DNA of 64,000 bases from an uncultured Gemmatimonadales bacterium (GTDB lineage Bacteria; Gemmatimonadota; Gemmatimonadetes; Longimicrobiales; RSA9): positions 3,456,001 to 3,520,000 of the forward strand of contig OY970192.1 in assembly GCA_963708135.1 (NCBI GenBank), in the 5' to 3' direction. The notes under the pieces are model-generated. The model worked only from the letters and a program-made list of their open reading frames with translations, made no database searches and was not told the origin of the DNA. The translations under genes were made by a program, and so were the position numbers. This document shows positions 41,620 to 51,597 of the stretch, piece by piece. The stretch's first letter is position 1. Each line of letters starts with the position of its first letter.

Positions 41620-41709
41620 GAGGGTGCGGCGGTGAGGGTGGCGGTGGGCCGCGGCGCGGCCGCCGCGAATAATAGGGCGGCCACGGCAGGCGCGGCAAAC
41701 CGCAGTGCC

Positions 41710-44355
41710 CTATCGCCCCCCGCCCCTGCCCCGGACCGCGCCCTCCACGAGCCGGTCCGGATCGAGGAAGCGGCGCGCGGCCGATCGAACCGCCTCCGCG
41801 TCAACCGCCCGGATCTCCGCCTCGTACACGCGCAGATCCTCGAGGCCTCGCCCCAGGAGCAGCGCGCCGGCCAGATCGCGCAGCTGTGCGCCGTTCGTCT
41901 GCGCCCGGATCTGCCACGCGCCGATCGTGTAGCGGCGAGCCCGCTCGAGCTCGGCCTCCGTGACGAGCTCCTCGCGCAGCTCGCGCACCCCCGCGAGCAG
42001 CCCCTCCCTCGCCTCCGCCTCCCGCTCGGGGGAGGTCGCGATGTAGCCGACGAACGCGCCCGCCAGCCAGCGGGCGATCGGGTACGCCGTGACCGTGTAC
42101 GCCAGGGAGCGGCGGCCGCGCAGCTCCTCGAAGAAGCGCCCGCCCAGCCCGCTCACCACGTTCGACAGCACGCGCATCGCCGGCAGCTCGGGATCGTTCC
42201 GCGCCGGACCGGGGAATCCCATCATGAGCGCCGTCTGCGCCTTCTCCCGCCCGGCCGCGCGCTCGACCGGCGCAGCCGGCCAGGACGCGCGTGGCGGAGC
42301 CGGCCGGTCCGCCCCCCCTCTGATCCCGCCCAGCACGGCTCCCACCACCGCGGCCGCCCGCTCCGGCTCGACGTCCCCGACCACGAGCACCATCGGGTGG
42401 CCGCCGAGCACCTCCGCCTCGTGCCAGCGCACGAGGTCCTCTGTGGTGAAGCGCGCGAGCGCCGCCTCCGCCGCCTCCAGCGAGGCGCCGTAGGGATGTG
42501 GGCCGAACGCGGCCTCGAGGAAGAGGCGGGCCGGATACTGGAACATGTCGTCGCGCGAGCGCTCCAGCTCGCTCGCCATGACGCCGCGCTCGCGATCGAC
42601 CTCCGCCGCGGGGAAGGTCGGGTGGAGCACGGGATCCGCGAGCAGCGGCAGCGCCCGCTCGAAGTGTCGCGCGGGCACGGACAGCCCCCAGCTCGTGAGG
42701 TCCGCGCCGACCGCCGCGGAGATGGACCCGCCGAGCGACTCCGTCGCCGCCGCGAGCTCCGCGCCGGAGCGGGTCTCGGTGCCCTTGAGCGAGACGCGGG
42801 CGAGGAGCGCGGTGAGCCCCGTGTCGTCGGGCGTCTCGGCCAGGGAGCCGCCCCGCAGCGTGATCGACATCGAGACCAGCGCCGCGGACCGCCGGGGCCG
42901 GACGACGAGCGGCGTCCCGCCCTCGAGCTCGTAGAAGTGGACGCCATCCGCGAGCCGGCCGGCGCGCGCCGTAGAGGCCTGAGCCGCGGCCGGCGCAACG
43001 GCGGGCGCGGGCGGCGCGGGGGCCGCGACGGACGCCGCCGGCCTCGCCGCCGCCTTCGCGAGCAGCGCGTGCAGCGCGTCGCCCGTCCAGCCGAGCGGCT
43101 CGGCATCGTTCGGGCGGTAGACGAGGACGGTGGCATCGTCGAGGCGGAGGTGGCGGGCGGCCACGCGGCGGAGGTCGTCCTCCGTCGTCGCCATGACGCG
43201 CTCGAGGTACGAGTCGGCCAGGCGCCACTCCCCGAGCGCCTGCCAGTGGGCGATCAGGCTGGCCTGGCCCTCGACGGTCTCCGTGCGCCGGAGCATACGG
43301 GCCTCGAGGACGTTGCGGGCGCGCTCGAGCTCCGCCTCCGGCACGCCTTCGCGCACCGCCGCCACCTCGCCGGCGATCGCCTCGAGCGCCTCGGTGACGC
43401 GGGCATGCGGCAGCTCCGCGCCCACGCCGAAGACGCCGATCTCGGTGGGCGTGAAGTTCTGCGCGCCCACGGCGGTGACGAGCCCCGCCTCCCGGACGCC
43501 GCGGTAGAGGCGGGAGGCGCGGCCCTGCCCGAGCACCACCGCGAGCAGGTCGAGCGCAGGCGTGTCGGGGTCCAGCGTGCCGGGGGAGCGCCAGCCCCAC
43601 TCCGCATAGTCGTCCACGATGTCGCCGGAGATCTCGCGGAACCGGAATCCCCGCCTCTGCGGCTCCTCTGGCGCCGGCGCACGGGCGGGGACGCCGGCGG
43701 GCATGTCGCCGTAGTGCCGCTCGATGAGGGCGAGCGCAGCGTCCGGATCGACGTCGCCCGCCACCACCAGCACGAGGTTGGAGGGGTGGTAGAGCGCGCG
43801 GTAATAGTTCCAGACGTCCGCCCGCGTGAGGCGGGAGAGCGCCTCCTCCGTGCCGATCCGCCTGCGACGCATGCGGTGGACGTCGAACATCTCCTCGTAG
43901 AGCGTCTCGGTGGCCACGGCGGAGGGGTTGTCGAGCTTGCGCCGTGCCTCCTGGATGATGACCAGCAGCTCCCTCTGCAGCTCCTCCGCGTCGAGCTGCG
44001 AGTGGCGCAGCGCGTCCGCCTGGATGTCGAGGCCCATGGGCAGCGAGGAGGCGGGAAGAACCGTGTAGTAGCTCGTGTAGTCGTAGCTGGTGGACGCGTT
44101 GAGGTAGCCGCCGGCCGCCTTCGTCGCCTGGGCGATCTCGCCCACGCCGCGCCGCTCCGTCCCCTTGAAGTACATGTGCTCGAGCACGTGGCTGATCCCC
44201 ACGATCTCGTCTGGCTCGTCGAAGTAGCCCGCCCGCACGTGGGTCACGATGGCGACGACGGGCGCCGAATGATCCTCGCGCACGACCGCCACGAGGCCGT
44301 TCTTCAGGGTGCGTCGATGGGTGGGGAGTCGGGAGAGGAAGCTGCCGCCCGTCAT
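41710..44355 (-). CDS. M16 (pitrilysin) family zinc peptidase, fused two-module form
   Basis: SHVLEHMYFKGT (HxxEH), NASTSYDYT, RLYRGVRE; the second module lacks HxxEH. Confidence 0.92.
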   Translation of the reverse strand: MTGGSFLSRLPTHRRTLKNGLVAVVREDHSAPVVAIVTHVRAGYFDEPDEIVGISHVLEHMYFKGTERRGVGEIAQATKAAGGYLNASTSYDYTSYYTVLPASSLPMGLDIQADALRHSQLDAEELQRELLVIIQEARRKLDNPSAVATETLYEEMFDVHRMRRRRIGTEEALSRLTRADVWNYYRALYHPSNLVLVVAGDVDPDAALALIERHYGDMPAGVPARAPAPEEPQRRGFRFREISGDIVDDYAEWGWRSPGTLDPDTPALDLLAVVLGQGRASRLYRGVREAGLVTAVGAQNFTPTEIGVFGVGAELPHARVTEALEAIAGEVAAVREGVPEAELERARNVLEARMLRRTETVEGQASLIAHWQALGEWRLADSYLERVMATTEDDLRRVAARHLRLDDATVLVYRPNDAEPLGWTGDALHALLAKAAARPAASVAAPAPPAPAVAPAAAQASTARAGRLADGVHFYELEGGTPLVVRPRRSAALVSMSITLRGGSLAETPDDTGLTALLARVSLKGTETRSGAELAAATESLGGSISAAVGADLTSWGLSVPARHFERALPLLADPVLHPTFPAAEVDRERGVMASELERSRDDMFQYPARLFLEAAFGPHPYGASLEAAEAALARFTTEDLVRWHEAEVLGGHPMVLVVGDVEPERAAAVVGAVLGGIRGGADRPAPPRASWPAAPVERAAGREKAQTALMMGFPGPARNDPELPAMRVLSNVVSGLGGRFFEELRGRRSLAYTVTAYPIARWLAGAFVGYIATSPEREAEAREGLLAGVRELREELVTEAELERARRYTIGAWQIRAQTNGAQLRDLAGALLLGRGLEDLRVYEAEIRAVDAEAVRSAARRFLDPDRLVEGAVRGRGGGR

Positions 44356-45182
44356 GGCTCCGTGGGATTCGGGGAATCGCTGGCCGTGCCGGGCGCGGGC
44401 GGGGCAACGCCCGTGCCGCCGGCGGCAGCCTCCGCCAACAGATCCGCCAGCGGCCGGAAGCGGTAGCCCGCGTCGGCGGCATCCGAGAGGATGCCCGGAA
44501 GCGCGTGCGCCGTCTGCATGCGGTCGCCATCCGGATCGTAGCCGTCCCCGTCGTGCAGCAGGATGATGGCCCCGGGCCGCAGCCGCCGGCGCACGCGCGC
44601 CCGGATCGCCTCGACGCCGGGCCGCGCCGTGTCCCAGACGCCGAAGCTCCAGCCGATCGTGCGGTAGGCGAGCCGTCGCGTCTCCCTGGCGACGAAGGGG
44701 TTCCGGAAGCCGTGCGGCGCCCGGAACATTCGCGGCTCACGCCCCGTCGCGGCCGCGATCGCGCGGTGCGCCGATTCCAGCTCCCGGCGGATGCGGCCGG
44801 GGCCGTGTACGTGCAGCTTCACGTGCGAGAAGGTGTGGTTGCCCGCCGCATGGCCCGCCTCCGCGACGGCGCGCGCGAGCGCAGGCCGCAGCTCCACGTG
44901 GCGACCCACCATGAAGAACGCGGCGCTCACGCCCGCGGCGGCCAGGGTGTCGAGGATCGCCGGCGTGGCGCGCGCGTCGGGACCATCGTCGAAGGTGAGG
45001 TAGAGAACGGGTGCATCGGCCGCGCCGCGCCCGACTACGGGGCCGAAGAGGGCGGAGTTCTGGCGGTAGGCGCCCCAGGCGCCGGCGGCGCCGAGCGCGG
45101 CGAGTCCCGCACCCGCGGCCCCTCCGATCAGGAGAGCACCCGCTCGTAGACGCCGAGTACCTGCCGGGCCACCAGCGGCCAT
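44352..45182 (-). CDS. Polysaccharide deacetylase (CE4/NodB) with an N-terminal membrane anchor
   Basis: LTFDDGP, NHTFSH, FRAPHG, IILLHDG; start inferred at ATG 45182, overlapping the GT4 gene. Confidence 0.85.
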   Translation of the reverse strand: MAAGGPAGTRRLRAGALLIGGAAGAGLAALGAAGAWGAYRQNSALFGPVVGRGAADAPVLYLTFDDGPDARATPAILDTLAAAGVSAAFFMVGRHVELRPALARAVAEAGHAAGNHTFSHVKLHVHGPGRIRRELESAHRAIAAATGREPRMFRAPHGFRNPFVARETRRLAYRTIGWSFGVWDTARPGVEAIRARVRRRLRPGAIILLHDGDGYDPDGDRMQTAHALPGILSDAADAGYRFRPLADLLAEAAAGGTGVAPPAPGTASDSPNPTEP

Positions 45183-46237
45183 GCGTAGGTCGCCGCCTTG
45201 GCGAGCCCCGCGGCGCCCATGAACTCGCGCAGCGCGGGATCGCCGACCAGCCGGTTCACGCCGGCGGCCCAGGCTTCCGGGTCGCCGGGCGGCACCAGCA
45301 GCGCCTCGCCCCCGCCGTCCACCAGCTCGCGGAATCCCGTGATGTCCGAGACGAGCATCGGCGTGCCGCACGCCATGGCCTCGAGCAGCGTGATGCCGAA
45401 GGAGGCACGCTGGGTCGGGCAGACGTACAGGTCGGAGCGGGCATAGTACTCCGCCCGCTCCTCGTAGATGCGCCCCACGAATCGCACGGCCCGCTCGAGC
45501 GCGCGCGCCTTGCGCTCGTAGTGGCGACGCAGCGGGCCGTCTCCGACCACGAGCAGCTCCGCCTTCGGGTGCGCCTGCAGGATGCGTGGCATGGCATCCA
45601 GCATCGTCTCCAGCCCGTTGCGCGGATCGAGCCGGCCCAGGAAGAGGAGGTGCGGCCCGCGCCGCAACGCGTCCTCCGGCCGCCGCCCGTTCGGGTGGAA
45701 GTAGTTCACGTCCACGCCGTTCGGGATCACGTCGAAATCGGAGCGGAAGTAGCGCGTCAGTGCGTCCACGACCGGCTGACTCACGGCGATCCGTGCCGAG
45801 AAGCCATCCATCTCCCGCTGCCCCAGCCGCCGCAGCGCGCGGTACGTCATGGAGCGGGGGAACCAGGAGTGAAACGTGCCGACCACCGGGATCCCCGCCC
45901 GGCGCCCAGCCCGCGGCGCCAGCAGGCACATCGTCGGCACCAGTCCGCCGTGGGCGTGCACCACGTCGATCCGCTCGTCGCGGAACAGCGCCTCGAGCCG
46001 GGCGACGAGGTGCCGGCCGACCGTCAGGCGCGCGAACGAGCCGTTGGCATAGACCACCCGGCTCGTCCCCAGCCGCCGGACGTGGGGATCATCGTCCGGC
46101 GGGGGGCCGGAAACCCTGGACGTGACGATCAGCGCCTCATGCCCCAGCGCCCGCAGCTGGGCCGCCAGGTTGTGCACGTGCTCCGTGACGCCACCCAGAT
46201 GCGGGTAGTAGAACTCGCTGACCAGCGCGATGCGCAT
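45128..46237 (-). CDS. Glycosyltransferase family 4 (PimA-like)
   Basis: MRIALVS..YP..GGVTEHV, VIPNGVD, FLGRLDPRNG, SFGITLLEAMACG. Confidence 0.9.
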   Translation of the reverse strand: MRIALVSEFYYPHLGGVTEHVHNLAAQLRALGHEALIVTSRVSGPPPDDDPHVRRLGTSRVVYANGSFARLTVGRHLVARLEALFRDERIDVVHAHGGLVPTMCLLAPRAGRRAGIPVVGTFHSWFPRSMTYRALRRLGQREMDGFSARIAVSQPVVDALTRYFRSDFDVIPNGVDVNYFHPNGRRPEDALRRGPHLLFLGRLDPRNGLETMLDAMPRILQAHPKAELLVVGDGPLRRHYERKARALERAVRFVGRIYEERAEYYARSDLYVCPTQRASFGITLLEAMACGTPMLVSDITGFRELVDGGGEALLVPPGDPEAWAAGVNRLVGDPALREFMGAAGLAKAATYAWPLVARQVLGVYERVLS

Positions 46238-46384
46238 GCGTGTGCCCCGGATGAGGGAGACCTCGCCGAAACGCCGGACGTAGTATCCTCGACGACGCCG
46301 TTTGGATCCCTACGCCCCGGCCGCGGGCGGCGGCCCGCGAGTTGCCATGGTAGACGGGAGGAGACCCGAACCCGGGGGAGACGC

Positions 46385-47269
46385 GTGCTGGACCGGAATC
46401 GCGCGATCATCGACGGCGCCCTGGTCGTGGCGAGGGAAGCAGGGGCCGATGCCGTGCTCCTGGCCGGCGGGCTCCCCGAGGAGGTCCGCTACCTCGAGGA
46501 CAGGCTCGATCCGGGACGCCGCGTCATCGCGACGACCACGGCCCGCCGCAACGGCCACGCGGCGGACGGAGGCGAAGTCGTCGTGCTGCCGCAAGTCCGC
46601 CTGCGCCGTCGCGGACGCGCCAAGGTCGCGCTCATGGAAGGCCTCGCCGCCGGACTCCTGAACCCGGGCGAGTGCGTCGTCATCATCTCCGGCACCAGCG
46701 CCCACGGGCCGTGCGAACTGGACACGGTGGCCGTGGTCGACCTGGACCGCGACGAGAACGACGTCCTCGATGGCCAGGCGGGCGCACCGCTGTCGATCCT
46801 GCGCGAACTCGGTGATCCCGCCGTCTTCGACACCCTGTTCGGGCTGTGCATCGAGCTCGGCAAGGAGGGCAAGGAGGGCAAGCCGGTCGGCCTCCTCGTC
46901 ACCCTCGGCGACCACGAGGCCGTGCTCGGCCGTTCGAGGCAACTGGTGCTGAACCCCTTCGCGGGCCACTCCGAGGAAGCCTGTTCCATCCTGAACCCGC
47001 TCGCCCGGGGCGCCGTGCGCGAGTTCTCCGGCATGGACGGCGCCTTCGTGGTTCGCAGCGATGGCACCATCCTGGCCGCCGGCCGCTACCTCGAGGACAC
47101 CTCCGCGGGAGAGCAGCAGATCCCACCTGGCCTCGGCGCTCGCCACCGCGCCGGTGCCGGAATCACGGCCACGACGCGCTGCATCTCGTTCGTCGTCTCC
47201 GAGTCCACCGGCGACACCCGGATCTTCGGCGGCGGCCGGATCCTCATGACCGTCGAACGCACCGATTGA
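46385..47269 (+). CDS. Diadenylate cyclase (DAC/DisA_N domain with N-terminal regulatory domain, DacZ-like)
   Basis: EGKEGKPVG, MDGAFVV (DGA), GLGARHRAG (RHR), VVSESTG. Confidence 0.85.
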   Translation: MLDRNRAIIDGALVVAREAGADAVLLAGGLPEEVRYLEDRLDPGRRVIATTTARRNGHAADGGEVVVLPQVRLRRRGRAKVALMEGLAAGLLNPGECVVIISGTSAHGPCELDTVAVVDLDRDENDVLDGQAGAPLSILRELGDPAVFDTLFGLCIELGKEGKEGKPVGLLVTLGDHEAVLGRSRQLVLNPFAGHSEEACSILNPLARGAVREFSGMDGAFVVRSDGTILAAGRYLEDTSAGEQQIPPGLGARHRAGAGITATTRCISFVVSESTGDTRIFGGGRILMTVERTD

Positions 47270-47425
47270 CGACGGCTGCGCCCGCCCCCATTCTCCCCGG
47301 GCATGCGCGCCCGAGGAGCCCTGGATGGCCGCGATGGAGCGGCCGCGGCGCGCGCGGACAACGGGTCCCCGGCTGTCGCGAGCGCCTGCGCTCGGACCGG
47401 CGGCGAGGAGCAAAGCGAGGAGCGA

Positions 47426-48262
47426 ATGCAGGTCTACCTGAACGGTGAATTCCTGCCGTACGAGGAGGCGAAGGTCCCGGTGGATGACCGGGGCTTCCTC
47501 TTCGCCGACGGCGTTTACGAGGTCGCGCGCGTCTACCGCGGCCGCGTCTTCATGATGGAGGCGCACCTCCGGCGCATGGCCGCCGGGCTGGCCGCCCTGC
47601 GCATCGCGCTGCCCGGCCTCGATGAGCTCGCCGGCGTGGCCGAGCGGCTGCTCGATGAGAACGCCCTGCGCGGCGGCGACGCCACCATCTACATCCAGGT
47701 CACGCGCGGCGCCGCGCCGCGGAAGCACGCGTTCCCGCCGGATGCCACGCCGACCGTCTTCGTGGCCGCCCGGCCGTTCAGCGAGCACCCGCCCGCGTAC
47801 TTCAGCGACGGCGTGGCCGCGATCACGGTGCCCGACACGCGCTGGAGCCGCTGCGACATCAAGTCCGTCGCCCTGCTCCCCAACGTCCTGGCCAACCAGC
47901 AGGCGCACGAGCGGGGCGCGTTCGAGGCCCTCTTCGTTCGCGACGGCGTCGTCATCGAGGGCTCCCACTCGAACCTCTTCGGCGTGCTGGACGGCGAGCT
48001 GCTCACCTTTCCCGCCTGCAACTACATCCTGGACGGCATCAGCCGGCGCCTCGTGCTCGAGCTGGCCGCCGGGCTCGACGTCCCCGCCCGCGAGGGGCCG
48101 ATCTACTTCGAGCGCCTCGCCGACGCGAGCGAGCTGTTCCTCTCCGGAACGACCACGGAGGTCATGCCGGTCACCCGCGTTGACGACCGCGCCGTCGGCG
48201 GCGGCACGCCCGGGCCGATCACGCGCAGGCTGATGGAGGCGTTCGCGGCCAGGATCCGCTGA
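47426..48262 (+). CDS. dat: D-amino acid aminotransferase (class IV PLP)
   Basis: DDRGFLFADGVYEV, YIQVTRG, RCDIKSVALLPNVL, EGSHSN, ILDGISR. Confidence 0.85.
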   Translation: MQVYLNGEFLPYEEAKVPVDDRGFLFADGVYEVARVYRGRVFMMEAHLRRMAAGLAALRIALPGLDELAGVAERLLDENALRGGDATIYIQVTRGAAPRKHAFPPDATPTVFVAARPFSEHPPAYFSDGVAAITVPDTRWSRCDIKSVALLPNVLANQQAHERGAFEALFVRDGVVIEGSHSNLFGVLDGELLTFPACNYILDGISRRLVLELAAGLDVPAREGPIYFERLADASELFLSGTTTEVMPVTRVDDRAVGGGTPGPITRRLMEAFAARIR

Positions 48263-48383
48263 CGGCTCCCGGCCGCCGGCCCGGCATGGCCGCGGCGCCA
48301 TCCTCCTGTCCGCCACCTCGACCCCGCTGGCGAGTGCCGTCCCGGCGACGATTCCGCGGCCCCGGGCGCAGCGCCTGTCCCGC

Positions 48384-49502
48384 TCAGGCGGTCTCGACCG
48401 TCACGGCCCGCTGCTCGTCCGCCACGTCCTCGACGTACAGCTCCCGCACGATCACGTAGAGCGCCGCCAGCACCGGCACGCCCAGGAGCAGCCCCATGAA
48501 GCCGAACAGCACCGCCATGAGCGCCTGAAACGTCACGGTCAGCGCCGGCGGGAGCTTGACGGCTTCGCGCATGACGAGCGGGTGGATCACGTGGGCCTCC
48601 ACCTGCTGGATGCCCGTGTGCAGCAGCAGCACCCACACCAGCTTGGCCGGCGAGATGATCAACGCCACCAGCCCGGCCGGAACCGCGCTCAGCACCGGGC
48701 CCCAGATCGGGATGAACTCCAGCAGCCCCGTGATCACCGCCAGCGCGAGCGCCGCCGGCACCCCGATCACCCACAGCCCGATCCCCTCCATCGTGCCCAC
48801 GATCAGCATCGCCGTGGCCGCCCCCAGCATCCAGTGCCGCAGCGTGACCCCGGCCGACTGCAGAGCGTGCTCCGTCCGTGGCCGCACGTGCGCGGGCACC
48901 AGTCGCAGTACGCCTCGCATGTAGGCTCCCGGCTCCACGGCCATGTAGAGGCCCGAGGCCACCACGATCAGCAGCCCGAACACCCCCCCGATCACCGTGT
49001 TCAGCAGCGGCAGCGCCCCCGAAAGGAGGTTCGCCGCCTCCGTGTTCAGGCGCAGCCGGAGCTGCGCGGCCATCTGCGGGTTGGGCGTGCCGAACGTCCC
49101 CGTCAGCCGGTCGTACTCCTCCTGCAGCCACCCGCTCACCGCGTCGACGGACTTCGGAAGCGTGCTCCGCAGCTGCCCGATCTGCTCCGAGAGACTCGGC
49201 CACGCCAGGTAGAAGAGGCCCACCAGCACGCCCACGAACGCCAGCAGCACCAGCGGCGCCGCCACACCTCTGGGAAGCAGCAACCGGTCATGCAGGAAAT
49301 CCACGAAGATCGACAGGAACGACGCCACCAGCACCCCGAAGAACGCCACGAACACCACCTCGCGGCCCAGCCAGAGCGCGTTCGCGACCGCCCACAGCAG
49401 AATCGCGACGAGCACCAGGCGCGCCACGAAGCCCACCGTCCAGCCCGGCCGACCCGGCTCCGCCCGCTCCGTTCGCGTGTCCTCCGCTCGCTCGCTCCTC
49501 AC
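48384..49502 (-). CDS. AI-2E family transporter
   Basis: Multi-TM; LLEFIPIWGP, IQQVEAHVIHPLVM, LFGFMGLLLGVP; start uncertain. Confidence 0.85.
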   Translation of the reverse strand: MRSERAEDTRTERAEPGRPGWTVGFVARLVLVAILLWAVANALWLGREVVFVAFFGVLVASFLSIFVDFLHDRLLLPRGVAAPLVLLAFVGVLVGLFYLAWPSLSEQIGQLRSTLPKSVDAVSGWLQEEYDRLTGTFGTPNPQMAAQLRLRLNTEAANLLSGALPLLNTVIGGVFGLLIVVASGLYMAVEPGAYMRGVLRLVPAHVRPRTEHALQSAGVTLRHWMLGAATAMLIVGTMEGIGLWVIGVPAALALAVITGLLEFIPIWGPVLSAVPAGLVALIISPAKLVWVLLLHTGIQQVEAHVIHPLVMREAVKLPPALTVTFQALMAVLFGFMGLLLGVPVLAALYVIVRELYVEDVADEQRAVTVETA

Positions 49503-49730
49503 CGACGCTCCTCTCCCCCCGCCGCCACCCCCGGGCGCACGGGCCATGCCACCCGACCGGCCCGCCACGCCATGGCGCCGCCCCGCGTCCCGGCCCATCT
49601 TGGCGCCAGCGGCCGTCGGAGTCCGACGGCCCCCGGGATAGATACCCGAAGGGATACCGAACCTGGCGCTCGCCAGGGGGTAGATGACCCGGACCAGGAC
49701 CGCTCCCCAAGCCATGGAAAGGCGGAAAGA

Positions 49731-50168
49731 ATGGCGCGTTCGCTCAACAAGGTGATGCTGATCGGGAACGTCGGCGCGGAGCCGGAGGTGCGCTCCACGC
49801 CGTCGGGCACGCGCGTGGCCAAGCTCTCGCTCGCCACGAACCGGAGCTTCAGCGATCGGAGCGGCCAGCAGCAGGAGAAGACGGAGTGGCACCGCCTCAC
49901 GTTCTGGGACCGGCTCGCGGAGCTCGTGGAGCAGTACGTCCACAAGGGGGACCGTCTGTACGTCGAGGGCCGGATCGAGTACTCGCAGACGGAGGACGAG
50001 AAGGGCAACGTCCGCTACTGGACCGACGTGGTTGTGCGCGAGATGGTCATGCTCGGCCAGGGCGGACCGGGTGGAGGCGGGACGGATGAGAGCCCGGCGC
50101 CGCGTCGCCGGAGCGCGCCGGCCGCGTCCTCGACGCCGTTCGAGCAGGACGACGACCTGCCGTTCTAG
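49731..50168 (+). CDS. ssb: Single-stranded DNA-binding protein
   Basis: SLNKVMLIGNVG, KTEWHR, LYVEGRI, C-terminal DDDLPF. Confidence 0.96.
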   Translation: MARSLNKVMLIGNVGAEPEVRSTPSGTRVAKLSLATNRSFSDRSGQQQEKTEWHRLTFWDRLAELVEQYVHKGDRLYVEGRIEYSQTEDEKGNVRYWTDVVVREMVMLGQGGPGGGGTDESPAPRRRSAPAASSTPFEQDDDLPF

Positions 50169-50209
50169 TGGTCCACAAGGCCACTCGGCCCCGGCGCGGC
50201 GCTACGGGC

Positions 50210-50665
50210 TCAGCCGGCGGCCCGGCGACGGAGGCGCTCGCCGAGGCCGTCGCGGACGGCGCCGGAGAGGGAGCGGGCGAGGGGGCCGAGCGGATCGGGA
50301 TCGCGCCGGGCGGCGAGGTGGCGCCGGCGGTTGCGACGCCAGGCGCGCCGGGCCCGGCGCTCGTCGGCGTCGCGGAGCTCGAGATCGTCCTCGTCGCCGT
50401 GCCGTCCGGCCGTGAGCAGGCCGAGGACCAGCCCCGCGGCGAGTCCGATTCCGACCGCGACCCATGGCCGGTCGCGGACCCGCGCCCGGATCGGCCGCAG
50501 GATGTTCGCCCGCTCCTTCAGCTCCTGCTTCTTGGCGTCGAGCCGGTGTTCCAGGGCGTCCAGGGTGTCGGAGATCCGGGTGCGGGTCGCCTCGACCGCC
50601 CGCCGCGCCTCCTCTACCGAGCCGGGCCGGGCGGCGGCGTCCTCCACGGTCGATTCCTCGCTCAT
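50210..50665 (-). CDS. DUF3618/ElaB-like tail-anchored membrane protein
   Basis: VEATRTRISDTLDALE...RPWVAVGIGLAAGLVLG. Confidence 0.7.
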   Translation of the reverse strand: MSEESTVEDAAARPGSVEEARRAVEATRTRISDTLDALEHRLDAKKQELKERANILRPIRARVRDRPWVAVGIGLAAGLVLGLLTAGRHGDEDDLELRDADERRARRAWRRNRRRHLAARRDPDPLGPLARSLSGAVRDGLGERLRRRAAG

Positions 50666-50804
50666 CGGCTTCCTCCCAGCGGGGTCTACGGCGGGCGTGT
50701 TCTGCACGTATCGTTCCTCCCCCCACGCGAAACCGGCCGGGCGCTGGAAGGCACCCGGCCGGTTGGGATTCTGGCGGCCGCGGCCCCGTGGCCCGGCCGG
50801 CCGC

Positions 50805-51062
50805 TCAGGGAAGCGCGCGGCGCAGCTTTGCCTGCTGGCGCTCCGGCGGCAGCAGGTCCTCCTGCAGCACCTCGAGCTCCTCGGGCGCGAACATGCGCAC
50901 CTCATCCTCGCCGTCCAGCACCACGCCGAGCTTCTCGACCTGGTACTCGCTCGCCTCGATCACCGAGCCGGACCGCCCCAGGAGGTCCGCCTCGATCGGC
51001 GCGGTGCCGCGCCGGACGCGCACTCGCGCCCCGGCCGGGATCCGCGGAATGTTGACCGTCAT
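50805..51062 (-). CDS. Small SH3/KOW-like protein
   Basis: GARVRV...GRSGSV...GVVLDGE...FAPEELEVL pattern; GAGGAAG upstream. Confidence 0.65.
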   Translation of the reverse strand: MTVNIPRIPAGARVRVRRGTAPIEADLLGRSGSVIEASEYQVEKLGVVLDGEDEVRMFAPEELEVLQEDLLPPERQQAKLRRALP

Positions 51063-51274
51063 CCAGTTCTTCCTCGTTCGGGGCCAATCACCGGACAGTG
51101 GACCGTTTCCGAAGCTCGGTCGGCACCGAACGCCGTCGCATCTCCGGAGACGGTGCAGTAGGATGCCCCCTGCGGGCGAGGGCCGCAATCCCTTGCCCCT
51201 TCCCGGTCGGCTCCTATATTGCTGCCCCGTTCGTTGGGCACCGCGGAACCGGCCAACGCAGAGGAGTCGAAGAG

Positions 51275-51514
51275 ATGGCGGATGAACACGCCAGAGTGAA
51301 TCCCCTCGCCGTGGGCGCCGGCCTCACCGTCGGCGTGCTCTGGCTGGCCATGGCCACCTGGTGCCTCGTCACTTCCATCCAGGGTGGCCTCAATCATCGT
51401 CCGGACTGGGCGCTCGCCTGGGCGCTCGTGGGGGTGCTGCTCGGCGCCGCCGGCGGCGCCGCGATCGTCGGCACGCTCTGGCACCAGTACCGGGTCAAGC
51501 GACACCACGCCTGA
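51275..51514 (+). CDS. Small two-TM membrane protein
   Basis: 79 aa, two hydrophobic segments; upstream TTGCCC-16-TATATT. Confidence 0.65.
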   Translation: MADEHARVNPLAVGAGLTVGVLWLAMATWCLVTSIQGGLNHRPDWALAWALVGVLLGAAGGAAIVGTLWHQYRVKRHHA

Positions 51515-51537
51515 GCCGGGCGGCGCCCGCCATGCGG

Positions 51538-51582
51538 AGAGGCGGCGGCGATCGAATCGATCGCCGCCGCCTCTTTCCTTTC
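51538..51582 (+). terminator. Intrinsic terminator-like hairpin
   Basis: agaggcggcggcgatcga-a-tcgatcgccgccgcctct followed by ttcctttcc. Confidence 0.65.
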
Positions 51583-51597
51583 CGCTCCGCCCGCCGC

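Noticed and set aside
40930..44466. Very long antisense/alternate-frame ORFs (e.g. 1178 aa here, 932 aa at 57840, 856 aa at 12384)
   Set aside because: Shadow ORFs expected at this GC content; Arg/Ala/Pro-rich, motif-free and overlapping well-supported genes.
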